A stretch of DNA of 64,000 bases from Gemmatimonadota bacterium. GTDB taxonomy: Bacteria > Gemmatimonadota > Gemmatimonadetes > Gemmatimonadales > GWC2-71-9. Of the stretch, positions 21,937 to 32,491 are shown piece after piece; within the stretch, counting starts at the first letter, position 1, and every line of letters begins with the position of its first letter. The stretch is taken from positions 11,417 through 75,416 of the forward strand of contig QHTZ01000067.1 of the NCBI GenBank assembly GCA_003221005.1. Direction: 5' to 3'. Made by a program: the position numbers and the translations under genes. The notes beneath the pieces are model-generated. The model was not told the DNA's origin. It was given only the letters and a program-made list of their open reading frames with translations, and did no database searches.

Positions 21937-22857
21937 TCAGTTGAACGTGCGGTGCTCGACGCCGCCTTCACCGCGTCCTTTGGCGTGGTACATCAATGCG
22001 TCGGCCGTCTGGACGAGCGCGTCGACCGTCGGGGGAGGCGTGAAGTACGTGGCCACGCCCATGCTGGGACTGAGGGCCGCATCGTCAGGGAGCGGGGTTC
22101 GGGCCAGGACGTCCTGTAGCTTCTGGATCACTAGGCGCGCCGGGGCGGCGCTCGTCTCAGGGAGCAGAATGACAAACTCGTCGCCCCCGACGCGCGCCAC
22201 GAGGTCGGTGGCGCGCACGGAGTCGCGGATGCCGCGGGCCACGGCGCGCAGCACCCTGTCCCCCGCCGTGTGGCCAAGACGCTCGTTGATTGCCTTGAAG
22301 CCGTTCAAGTCCACGTAGATCGCCGTAAACGGATGGGTGTAACGCCGCGCCCGCGCGATCTCGGCGTCGGCCAGCTCGTAGAAGGCGCGCAGGTTCGCGA
22401 GCCCCGTAAGCGGATCGGTCCGCGCCAGCTGCTCCTCCCGGTGGAGGGAGCGCCGGCGGGCCGCTACCACGTATCCGACCACGAGAAACGCGCCGAACCG
22501 GACCGCCAGATCCCAATAGGAGCGGCTGTCGCTCGCCCCCAACAGCCACGCGAGGGTGCTCGCGACCGCGATGCCGACGGCGGGCCACCAGCCTGCGTAC
22601 CAAGCGACGAGGGAGAGGGGCGCCAGGTAGACGAGCGGCGCCAGGTCCGACGCGGCGACGTAATCCGCGTACCCGCATGCGGCGACGAGCACGCACCCGA
22701 GGGCGAGAATCGTCGCCTCGCTCTGCCGCCGCAGCCAGGCATCCAGACGCTGACCGAGCTCTATCGGGCCCCCCGAGGAAGGTCTCGTGCCCCAGCAAGA
22801 TAACGCGCGGCCGCCGCCCCTCCCACCCCGCTTGACAGCGCCACGCGCGCCGTCCAT
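21937..22857 (-). CDS. Membrane-anchored diguanylate cyclase (start codon uncertain, probably near 22764)
   Basis: N-terminal TM segments; [16 protein letters not shown]-site and GGDEF. Confidence 0.88.
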   Translation of the reverse strand: MDGARGAVKRGGRGGGRALSCWGTRPSSGGPIELGQRLDAWLRRQSEATILALGCVLVAACGYADYVAASDLAPLVYLAPLSLVAWYAGWWPAVGIAVASTLAWLLGASDSRSYWDLAVRFGAFLVVGYVVAARRRSLHREEQLARTDPLTGLANLRAFYELADAEIARARRYTHPFTAIYVDLNGFKAINERLGHTAGDRVLRAVARGIRDSVRATDLVARVGGDEFVILLPETSAAPARLVIQKLQDVLARTPLPDDAALSPSMGVATYFTPPPTVDALVQTADALMYHAKGRGEGGVEHRTFN

Positions 22858-22875
22858 AGTTAACCGTATGGTTAA
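22832..22875 (+). promoter_or_regulatory. Sigma70-type promoter with overlapping palindromic operator for the ArsR gene
   Basis: TTGACA (22832-37), 17 bp, CATAGT (22855-60), 7 nt, ATG; palindrome TTAACC-GTAT-GGTTAA (22860-75) covers the start codon. Confidence 0.75.
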
Positions 22876-23326
22876 GCATCAATCGGACGACCTGGATGTC
22901 GTGTTCGCCGCGCTCGCCGACCCCACGCGCCGCGCTATCCTCGCGCGACTCGCGTCGCGCGAGGCTTCCGTCACCGAGCTCGCCCGGCCGTTCCGGATCT
23001 CGCTCCCCGGCGTGCACAAGCACCTGCGCGTCCTCGAGCGCGCGGGCCTGCTGGCGCACACTAAGCACGGCCGCGTGCGCCGATGCCGCCTGCGGGCGCA
23101 GCCGATGAAGGACGCCGCGCGCTGGATCGAGCGCTACCGGCGTTTCTGGGAATACCAGTTCGATGCCCTCGCGAAGTACCTCGAAGCCTCGAACCCGAAG
23201 GAGACTGCTCCATGGCCACCCCCACCCCCACCCGACAGCAGCGCAGCGCTTCCCTCCAGCTCCGCCGCACCTTCCGGGCGCCGCGGGAGCGCGTCTTCCG
23301 GGCGTGGACGACGCCGGAGGAGATGA
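22868..23326 (+). CDS. ArsR/SmtB family transcriptional regulator
   Basis: FAALADPTRRAIL and HLRVLERAGL HTH; C-terminal tail overlaps the next gene. Confidence 0.9.
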   Translation: MVKHQSDDLDVVFAALADPTRRAILARLASREASVTELARPFRISLPGVHKHLRVLERAGLLAHTKHGRVRRCRLRAQPMKDAARWIERYRRFWEYQFDALAKYLEASNPKETAPWPPPPPPDSSAALPSSSAAPSGRRGSASSGRGRRRRR

Positions 23327-23664
23327 AGCGCTGGAAAGCGCCGGGCCCCCTCACGACGCCCCTGGCCGAAGTGGATCTACGGGTGGGTGGGAAGTACCGC
23401 ATCCACATGCGCGAGCCCGACGGCACCGAGCACCGCCTGATCGGGGTATATCGCGAGGTCGATCCTCCGAAAAAACTCGTGTACACCTGGTCGTGGGAGG
23501 ACAGCCCCGACATGGGCGAGACCCTGGTCACCGTGGAGTTCTTGGACCGCGCGGGCGCGACCGAGGTAATACTGACGCACGAGCAGTTCCCGACCGACGA
23601 GGACCGCAACCGGCACGAGCAGGGGTGGAGCGGTTGCTTCGACAAGCTGGCGCAGATCCTCTAG
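23212..23664 (+). CDS. SRPBCC/AHSA1 domain protein
   Basis: APRERVFRAWT, DLRVGGKY and GWSGCFDKL motifs; AAGGAG RBS. Confidence 0.92.
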   Translation: MATPTPTRQQRSASLQLRRTFRAPRERVFRAWTTPEEMKRWKAPGPLTTPLAEVDLRVGGKYRIHMREPDGTEHRLIGVYREVDPPKKLVYTWSWEDSPDMGETLVTVEFLDRAGATEVILTHEQFPTDEDRNRHEQGWSGCFDKLAQIL

Positions 23665-23747
23665 GGACAGCCCTACCGCGGCTCCGTTCCCGCGGTATCG
23701 TAGAGACGTGAACCGCAAGCGGCGCCACGGCGCCGGAAGGAGGCACG

Positions 23748-24236
23748 ATGATGACGGAGAAGGACCAGTTCCTGAGCACGATGGCCCGGGAGTTTCCCAC
23801 AACCCTCAAGGTTCTTAAGGCGTTTCCCACCGGGAAGGCCGAGCTGAAGCCTCACTCCAAAGCGCGGAGCGCGCGCGAGCTGGCATGGGCATTCGTGACC
23901 GAGGAGAAAGCGTGCGACATGGCGCTGGACGGCGCGCTCGAGCTCGGCAAGATGCCCAAGCCCCCTGCCACGCTGCCGGAAGTGATCTCCACGTATGAAC
24001 GGGCGCACACCGCGTTCGTGGAACGCCTGAAGCAGACGCCCGAGGCCGAGCTGAACAAGACCGTCAAGTTCATGACCGGCCCCAAGCAGATGGGAGACAT
24101 GCGTAAGATGGATGTCCTGTGGTTCATGCTGATGGACGGCGTGCACCATCGGGGACAGCTCTCGGTCTACCTGCGCATGGCGGACGGCAAGGTGCCGTCG
24201 ATCTACGGGCCGTCGGCGGACGAGCCTTGGATGTAG
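23748..24236 (+). CDS. DinB family protein
   Basis: HHRGQLSVYLR...VPSIYGPSAD motif; AAGGAGG RBS. Confidence 0.9.
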   Translation: MMTEKDQFLSTMAREFPTTLKVLKAFPTGKAELKPHSKARSARELAWAFVTEEKACDMALDGALELGKMPKPPATLPEVISTYERAHTAFVERLKQTPEAELNKTVKFMTGPKQMGDMRKMDVLWFMLMDGVHHRGQLSVYLRMADGKVPSIYGPSADEPWM

Positions 24237-24281
24237 TGGGCTAGACGGGTAGAGGGGTAGACGGATAGACGGGTAGGAAGG
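24234..24281 (+). repeat. Degenerate 8-bp tandem repeat, six units, consensus TAGACGGG
   Basis: tagtgggc tagacggg tagagggg tagacgga tagacggg taggaagg, beginning at the DinB stop codon. Confidence 0.75.
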
Positions 24282-24338
24282 CAATTCGGGCGGAGAAAAC
24301 GGATAGATCGCGGCACGGCCTCACGCTATGTTTTTCGC

Positions 24339-25417
<1,079 letters not shown>

Positions 25418-25421
<4 letters not shown>

Positions 25422-27667
25422 AACTCGCTCCCCACCCGCAGCACCAGGTTCCGCCCGGCGTCGAGCGCGAATTCCTTGTAGCGGTTCAGGTAGTCGCGAT
25501 AGCGCGCGTTGGTGGCGTTGCGCACGCGCAGGTCGAGCCGCAGCAGACGGCCGCCCAGCCGCCGCTCCAGGCCCGCTGCGAGATGCAGCAGCCCGTACGC
25601 AGCGGTCGGGATGTCCACCGTTACGAATCCCTGTCCGGGAATGGAGTCCGACGCGAGCCGCGTCTGCCGGGCGACGAGCTCCGTCTCCATACCGGCGTAT
25701 GAATTGCCGCCATCGCCCCTGCGCCAGTGGAGCTCCGCCTCCAGCGTCGCCCGCAGCGGCGGCATCAACGGGAGCGGCCGCCGGGTGCGATCGTCCGCGC
25801 CGTGCACGTAGTCAGCCTGCCCCCGCAACGAGAGCACGGCGAGCGGCTGCAGATCGAACGCGCCTTCCCCACCCCATAGCGTCGCTGGTTCCTGGAAGTA
25901 GCGGTACACGCGCAGCGCATTGATGAACTGGTCGGTCGGGGCGACGAAGATGAAGTTGTCGATGCGGTTGCGATACGCCGCCAGCTCGCCGCTCGCACTC
26001 CGCCCCTGCCAGCGCACGCCGGCGTCCACGTTCCAGCTCGTCTCCGGTACGAGCGTCGCGTCGCCCCGGTCGTAGCGCGCTTCGTCGAGCCGCGCCCCGT
26101 TGGCGAACAGCTCGAACAGGTCCGGCGCGCGCCACGCCCGTCCCAGATTCGCGACGAGCGAGAGTCCGCCGGCGAGCCGCCACACGACGCCGACGTCACC
26201 GCTATAGGCCGTATAGTCCCGCGTCTCGGCGCCGAGTGCCAGCGCCGCGTTGCTGTCCGCCTCGAGGCGGCGCACGTCGACCCGCGCCCCGGCGAGCAGG
26301 CTCCAACGTCCGAGCGGGAGCTGCTCGACCGCGAACAGTGCGCCCGTCGCCGTGCGTGCCCCGGGCACGAGCGGCACCGGACCGCGGGTGACGTTGGTCT
26401 GGTAGGAGCCGGACACGCCTACCGTCCCGGTGGCCCGGCCGGCGATCGAGTTGTGCGCCAGCAGGTCGAGCGTGTAGGTGTCGAGTAGGAGATCGATCAC
26501 CGTCGCTTCGCTTCCCGGGACGGCGCCTGTGTCGGACACCTCGGCCACCGCATGGCGTTGCCACTGGCCCTTGGCTTCGAGCCGCAAGCCGCCCAGGCGC
26601 GAGGTGCCCGTGAGCTGCAGGCGATGGTCCGCCACCTTCCGCTCCGGGCCCCCGCCCCCTGCTTCGGGCCCCTTCGCTTCGAGCAGCTGGAACTCGCCGC
26701 CGTAACGGGCGAAGCGGAGCGTGGCGCTGCCGCGCGAGCCATGCACGCCGAGCGCGGCCTCGCCGTTCACGGCTGCGAACCCCGTGTTGTCGAGCGCGCC
26801 CGCGGGGGTGTGCAGGTCTCCGGCGCGCCGGCCGATCGCGAACACGCGCCCGCTCCAGTCGCCGCGCGCGGCGTCCAGCCGCACCGCCGTGCCGAGCTCC
26901 GTGTTGTTCGTCGCCCCGTAGACCTCGACATCGGCGCGCCGCAGGCTCGATCCAGGGGGCGCGTCGGGGAGCGCGTGCGGAATCACATTCACCACGCCGC
27001 CGATCGCGTCCGATCCGTAGAGCAGGCTCGCCGGCCCCCGGATCACCTCGACGCGCTCGGCCAAGCGGGCGTCCGCCGAAGGGCCGTCCTCGTCGCTCCA
27101 GGAGTAGTCCTCGAGGCGGTGCCCGTCGTCGAGCACGAGGACGCGCGCGCCGCTCAAGCCCCGGACGACAGGCTTGCCGATCTGCGGCCCCGAGCTGAAC
27201 GACCGCACGCCCGGCAGCTCCTCGAGCGCGCGGGCGAGCGAGACGGTCGATCCACGCCGCAGGGGCTCGTCGCCCAGGACGTCTGCCGGGAGGGGCGAGG
27301 CGCGGCGATCGAGCGGGCTGCGTGTGGCCGTGACGGTGATCGGATCGACGAGCGTCGGCGCGGGGTGGAGCGCGACTTCGAGCGGCGCGCCCACGGGCAC
27401 CACGACGGACGCGGACGCTGCCCCGTATCCCAGCCGCCGGACGGTCACCGTGTAGCGGCCGGGCGGCACGCTCGCGAAGACGAAGCGACCGTCCGCTCCG
27501 CTCGCGGTCGCACGCGCTAGCTCCACGAGCGCCACCTGGGCCCCGGCTACCGGCCCCCCGCGGGGGTCACTGACGCGCCCGCTCAGCGTATCCGGCGGCG
27601 CGGCGCGGCCCGGCGTCGCAGCGAGCAGGCAGAACAGCAGCGTGCGGAGCAGCGACGCGGCGCGCAT
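25418..27667 (-). CDS. TonB-dependent receptor with N-terminal carboxypeptidase-regulatory-like domain
   Basis: Signal peptide; plug motif RVEVIRGPASLLYGSDAIGGVVN; barrel ending in C-terminal Phe. Confidence 0.92.
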
Positions 27668-27680
27668 GTTAAGGACCATG
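27665..27680. promoter_or_regulatory. Putative symmetric bidirectional leaderless promoter
   Basis: CATGTT-7nt-ATG on + and CATGGT-7nt-ATG on -; each -10-like hexamer contains the opposite start codon. Confidence 0.45.
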
Positions 27681-28898
27681 GCCACGGGCTCCGCTCCGCG
27701 GGACGACCACCGCGCCGCCGTCTTCGCGGGCTTCCTCGGCTGGACGCTCGACGCGTTCGATTTCTTCCTCGTCGTCATGACCCTGACGGCGATCGCCCAG
27801 GAGTTCCATCAGTCCGACGCCGCCATCGCGTTCTCCATCACGCTGACTCTCGCGTTCCGCCCCGTGGGCGCGTTCGTGTTCGGCCTGCTCGCCGATCGTT
27901 ACGGCCGCCGCCTGCCCCTCATGCTCGACTTGGTATTCTACTCGACCGTAGAGGTGCTGTCCGGCCTGGCTCCAAACTACACGACGTTCCTCGTGCTGCG
28001 GGCGCTGTTCGGCATCGGGATGGGCGGAGAATGGGGCGTCGGCGCCTCACTCGTCATGGAGAAGGTCCCGCCGCGGCTGCGCGGGGCCTTCTCCGGGCTG
28101 CTGCAGCAGGGCTACGCCGCCGGCTATCTCCTTGCCGCCCTCTGCTACTACGCGGTGTTTCCCCACTGGGGCTGGCGCCCCCTGTTCTTCCTCGGCGGAC
28201 TGCCTGCGTTGCTCGCGCTGTACGTGCGCGCCAGAGTGAAGGAGTCGGAGGTCTGGGCGCGCACACGGCACGAGAACTGGGGCCAGCTCGGCCGCGCGAT
28301 CGCGTCGCACTGGAGGCTGTTCCTGTACCTCACGCTGTTTATGGCGATGATGAACTTCGTCTCCCATGGCACCCAGGACCTCTACCCGACATTCCTGCAG
28401 CGCGACTGGGGCTTCACTCCCGCGCAGCGCGCCGCGCTCACGGCCCTGTCCATGGTCGGCGCCCTGACGGGGGGCGTGATCTGCGGGCTCTGGTCCGACC
28501 GCATCGGTCGCCGGCGCACGATCGTGGCCGCCCTCGTCTGCGCCGTGCTACTGATCCCGCTGTGGGCGTTCGCGCCGTCGGTGCCGCTGCTCGTGTGCGG
28601 GGCGTTCGCGATGCAGTTCATGGTGCAGGGCGCGTGGGGCGTGATCCCGGCGCACATCACCGAGCTCGCACCGGACGGCGTGCGGGGCTTCCTCCCTGGG
28701 TTCGCCTATCAGTGCGGTGTGCTCATCGCCGGCTCGGTCGCGACGATCGAAGCACTGCTGGCCGCTCGAGTCACCTACGCGTGGGCCATGGCGGTGACCG
28801 CGGTGACGGTCTTCACGCTCTGCGCCATCGTGGCCGCCCTTGGGCGGGAGCGCCGCGGGATCGTGTACGGCGCGTCGCCGGGGCCGGCTACGGGATGA
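27678..28898 (+). CDS. MFS transporter, SHS family (NanT/JEN1-like carboxylate symporter)
   Basis: LGWTLDAFDF, ADRYGRR, GMGGEWG, SHGTQDLYPTF and QGAWGVIPAH motifs. Confidence 0.92.
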   Translation: MATGSAPRDDHRAAVFAGFLGWTLDAFDFFLVVMTLTAIAQEFHQSDAAIAFSITLTLAFRPVGAFVFGLLADRYGRRLPLMLDLVFYSTVEVLSGLAPNYTTFLVLRALFGIGMGGEWGVGASLVMEKVPPRLRGAFSGLLQQGYAAGYLLAALCYYAVFPHWGWRPLFFLGGLPALLALYVRARVKESEVWARTRHENWGQLGRAIASHWRLFLYLTLFMAMMNFVSHGTQDLYPTFLQRDWGFTPAQRAALTALSMVGALTGGVICGLWSDRIGRRRTIVAALVCAVLLIPLWAFAPSVPLLVCGAFAMQFMVQGAWGVIPAHITELAPDGVRGFLPGFAYQCGVLIAGSVATIEALLAARVTYAWAMAVTAVTVFTLCAIVAALGRERRGIVYGASPGPATG

Positions 28899-29856
28899 GG
28901 AGCAGCTTGCCCGTGGTGCGGCGCGCTTCCAGCTGGCGGTGCACTTCGCCGGCCTGCGCGAGCGCAAACTCACCGCCGATTCGCAGCTTGAGCCGCCCGG
29001 CGCGCACCCACGTCATCACCTCGCCTGCCCGCGCAAGCAGCTCGGCTCGCGTCACGACGTAGTGGTGGAGCGTTGGCCGGGTGGCGAAGAGCGAGCCCTT
29101 CTGACTGAGGACCTGGAGATCGAGCGGCGCGACCGGACCGCTCGACTGGCCGTACAACACCATCATCCCGCGCCGGACGAGACAGTTGAGCCCTTTGGCG
29201 AACGTCGTCTGTCCCACCGAGTCGTAGACGACCTGCACGCCCGCGCCCCCGGTGAGGCGCTTCACTTCCTCCTCGAAGTCGCGCTCGGTGTAGAGTATGA
29301 CCTCGTCCGCCCCGGCCTCACGCGCGAGCTCCGCCTTTGCGGCCGTCGACACCGTCCCGATCACGCGGGCGCCGCGGAGCTTGGCGATCTGGCACAGCAG
29401 CAACCCGACGCCTCCCGCCGCCGCGTGGACAAGGCACGTGTCACCCGGCTGCAAGGGATAGGTGTTGGTGGCGAGGTAATGCGCGGTCATCCCCTGGAGC
29501 ATCAGCGCAGCCGCCTGCCGCGCGCTGACGTCCTCGGGGAGCGGAACCAGACGGTCGGCCGGGACCACCGCGAGCTCGGCGTAAGCCCCGAGCACGCCGG
29601 TGTAGGCGACGCAATCGCCGAGCTTCACGTCGCCGGCGCCGGATCCCACCTGCGTCACGGTTCCGGCCGCTTCCTGCCCGGCGGTGAACGGCAACGGTAC
29701 CGGGTACAGCCCGCGGCGCTGATAGACGTCGACGAAGTTCACTCCCGCGGCGGCGATCTTCACGACCACTTGCCGGGCCCCAGGCTCGGGCGCTGGCACG
29801 TCCTCGTACTGCAGCACCTCGGGACCGCCGGTGGTGTGAACGCGCACCGCCTTCAT
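28888..29856 (-). CDS. qor: NADPH:quinone oxidoreductase (zeta-crystallin type)
   Basis: True start MKAVRVHTTGGPEVL; GVNFVD, HAAAGGVG and TTGKLLL motifs. Confidence 0.92.
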   Translation of the reverse strand: MKAVRVHTTGGPEVLQYEDVPAPEPGARQVVVKIAAAGVNFVDVYQRRGLYPVPLPFTAGQEAAGTVTQVGSGAGDVKLGDCVAYTGVLGAYAELAVVPADRLVPLPEDVSARQAAALMLQGMTAHYLATNTYPLQPGDTCLVHAAAGGVGLLLCQIAKLRGARVIGTVSTAAKAELAREAGADEVILYTERDFEEEVKRLTGGAGVQVVYDSVGQTTFAKGLNCLVRRGMMVLYGQSSGPVAPLDLQVLSQKGSLFATRPTLHHYVVTRAELLARAGEVMTWVRAGRLKLRIGGEFALAQAGEVHRQLEARRTTGKLLLIP

Positions 29857-31445
29857 CGCCGGCCGCCACCACCCCCGCCCGCGTCCGCCGCGGGCACGAA
29901 GCGCAGATCCTGATAGTCGAAGCTGAAGTCGGCGAGCGGGGACACGGCCGCCATCCGGAACTGCACGATGGAGCCGTCCGGGTTCAGGTCGAACGTGACG
30001 AACGCGTCCGCGAGGTTGGGCGTGCGCCACCCGGTCCGGAACGTATCGTACTGCCAGTGCGCCAGGTCCCCGACGAACGCGGGCGAGCGGCTGAAACGGA
30101 GGACGAGCGTGCCCTGCTCGAGGGTGATCGTGGCGTCGCCGTACAGCGCGTCGGTGTAGCGCCCGGCATAGCGCGCCAGCGGGAGCGAGGGGCCCGCGGT
30201 CGAGTCCCGCGTGCGCCGTGCGACACGCAGCGCGGAGTCGACCTGGGACCGCGTCTGCTGCGACGCGTCGTCGAATGCCTTGATCCAATCGGTGGCGGGA
30301 GCGCCGAAGAAGTGGTCGAGCAGCTCGTACGTCAGCGCGTCGTGCGCGTCGTCGTTCTCGCCGTTCGTCAGGATGACGATTCCCAGCCGCTGATCGGGAA
30401 CGAGCGTGGTGCGGGACGCCATGCCCGCGAGGGCGCCCGTGTGCCACACGATCTTGTGACCGCGGTAGTCGCGCAGCCGCCAGCCGAGGCCGTAAGCCGC
30501 GAAGTTGGGGCGCAGGGCCGCGAGCGGCGGGTCAGGGTCGGCGATCGGGAGGATCGTCTGCGCGGACCACATCTCGCGCGTGCGGCGCGCGGTCCACAGC
30601 CGTGCGACACCGGCGCGCCCCGAGTCGAGCTGCACCAGGAGCCATCGGGACAGGTCCGTGACGCTCGAGATGAGTGCGGCCGCGGGCGCGATGTTGTCGA
30701 CCGTGTCGAGCGGCACGATCTGGAGCCGGCCGTCGAGCACCGCGTGCGGCGCGGCGAAGGGATCGCCCGGCCGCAGGTCGGCGACGCCGACGCGAGTCTC
30801 GGTCATGCCGAGCGGCGTGAGAATCCGGTCGCGCACGAACGTTTCCCACGTCTTGCCCGTGACGGCGGGCACGATCTCCCCCGCCGCGGCGTAGAGCACG
30901 TTGTCGTACGCGTATTGGCTCCGGAAGCTCGAGACCGGGGGGGCCGCGCGCAGGCGACGGATGATCTCCGCGCGCCCGTAGGTCGAGTGGAGCCACAGCA
31001 GGTCGCCCGCCCCGAGACCGAGGCCGCTCCGGTGGGTCACCAGGTCCTCAATCGTGAACTCCCGCGTGACCCAGGGATCAGCGAGCTGGAAGTCCGGCAG
31101 GTACTTGGTCACCCGGTCGACCCAGGCGAGCTTCCCCGAGTCCGCCAGCAGCGCGAGGCACGCCGTGGCGAACGCCTTGGTGTTGGAGGCGATCTGGAAG
31201 AGGGTGTGCGCGTCCACCGGCGTCGGGTCGCCGAGCCGGCGAACGCCGTAGCCCTTCGCGAGCACCACGCGCCCGTCCTTCACGATCGCGATCGCCGCCC
31301 CCGGCACCTGGAACTCCCGCAGGGCCCGCGCCACGTCGGCGTCGAAGCGCCGGGGGAGTCGCGCCTGCGCCGCGGCGGGCGACGTGAGCAGCGGCGATCC
31401 GGCGAGAAGTAGAGTGAGGGTTGCCGAGGGCAGCCGATTTCCCAT
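29853..31445 (-). CDS. Serine hydrolase (beta-lactamase fold) with DUF3471-type C-terminal domain
   Basis: Signal peptide; SxxK (ASNTK), YDN and HTG motifs. Confidence 0.9.
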   Translation of the reverse strand: MGNRLPSATLTLLLAGSPLLTSPAAAQARLPRRFDADVARALREFQVPGAAIAIVKDGRVVLAKGYGVRRLGDPTPVDAHTLFQIASNTKAFATACLALLADSGKLAWVDRVTKYLPDFQLADPWVTREFTIEDLVTHRSGLGLGAGDLLWLHSTYGRAEIIRRLRAAPPVSSFRSQYAYDNVLYAAAGEIVPAVTGKTWETFVRDRILTPLGMTETRVGVADLRPGDPFAAPHAVLDGRLQIVPLDTVDNIAPAAALISSVTDLSRWLLVQLDSGRAGVARLWTARRTREMWSAQTILPIADPDPPLAALRPNFAAYGLGWRLRDYRGHKIVWHTGALAGMASRTTLVPDQRLGIVILTNGENDDAHDALTYELLDHFFGAPATDWIKAFDDASQQTRSQVDSALRVARRTRDSTAGPSLPLARYAGRYTDALYGDATITLEQGTLVLRFSRSPAFVGDLAHWQYDTFRTGWRTPNLADAFVTFDLNPDGSIVQFRMAAVSPLADFSFDYQDLRFVPAADAGGGGGGRR

Positions 31446-31594
31446 AGCGGTGCGCGAAGCTTAACCGGACGCCCGCGGTCGCGGGTAGCCCCGCGACGCC
31501 GGGCGGCACCCGACGAGGCGCGCTATCTTGGAGCACGGTGACGCGGCGCGCGGGTGCCGGGTCCGTGGATAGTAAGGATTGTGAGGAGGGTCTC

Positions 31595-32491
31595 GTGTGG
31601 CTGCTGGCGACCGTACTGCTCGCCGACTCTGCGCATAGCATCCAAATTCCGCTCGCACCCGCTGAGACACTCCACGTCGAGACCAGCGGCGCGGGAGAGC
31701 CGGTCGTCCTCATCCCCGGCCTGTTCGGGTCGGCGTTCGGGTTCCGCGAGCTCGTCCCGCTGCTCACCGCCCGTGGCTACCGCACCATCGTCATCGAGCC
31801 CCTGGGGATCGGCGCGTCCGCCCGGCCCCCGCGCGCCGATTACTCCCTCACCGCGCAGGCCGATCGAATCGCGGCGGCCCTCGACACGCTGGGTGTGCGC
31901 CACGCCCTCGTGGTGGCCCACTCGGTCGGCGGCTCGGAAGCGTTCCGTCTCGCTTATCGCCGCCCCGACCTCGTGGAAGCGCTCGTCTCGATCGAGGGCG
32001 GACCCGCGGAGACCGCGGCCACGCCGGCGTTCAAGCGAGCGATGCGGTTCGCGCCGTGGATCAAGATCCTCGGCGGCGTGAAGCTCATCCGCTGGAAGAT
32101 CCGCAACATGCTGATCGCATCGTCGGGGGACGCGGGCTGGGTGACGGATTCGGTGGTCCGCGGCTACACGGCCGCAGCCGCCCGAGACCTGGACGGCACC
32201 CTCAAGGCCTTTCTCGCCATCGCCGTTACGCGGGAACGCATCCGCCTCGAGCCGCACCTCGGCGAAATCCGCTGCCCGGTGCGTCTGCTGATCGGTGGGA
32301 GCCAGCACGAGGGCGACGTGGGTCGCGACGAGGTCGCGCTGTTGCGGCGCGCCCTGCCCCGCTTCGCGGTGGACTCGGTCCCCGGAGCCGGCCACTTCCT
32401 CTACGAGGAGCAGCCCATTGCCGTCGTGGCGGCGGTACAGCGTGCCGCGGCGGCGCTCGCCGCCCGCGCGCCGGACGTCGCCGACCCGTGA
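31595..32491 (+). CDS. Alpha/beta hydrolase
   Basis: GAGGAGG RBS then GTG; AHSVGG nucleophile elbow and GAGHF catalytic His. Confidence 0.85.
   Translation: MWLLATVLLADSAHSIQIPLAPAETLHVETSGAGEPVVLIPGLFGSAFGFRELVPLLTARGYRTIVIEPLGIGASARPPRADYSLTAQADRIAAALDTLGVRHALVVAHSVGGSEAFRLAYRRPDLVEALVSIEGGPAETAATPAFKRAMRFAPWIKILGGVKLIRWKIRNMLIASSGDAGWVTDSVVRGYTAAAARDLDGTLKAFLAIAVTRERIRLEPHLGEIRCPVRLLIGGSQHEGDVGRDEVALLRRALPRFAVDSVPGAGHFLYEEQPIAVVAAVQRAAAALAARAPDVADP

Noticed and set aside
23212-23326. 115-nt overlap of the ArsR and SRPBCC genes
   Set aside because: Low-complexity ArsR tail readthrough is common in ArsR-SRPBCC pairs; no sign of a second function
29853-31445. Beta-lactam resistance gene
   Set aside because: The SxxK hydrolase with a DUF3471-type tail is a widespread peptidase/esterase architecture; no evidence for lactamase activity
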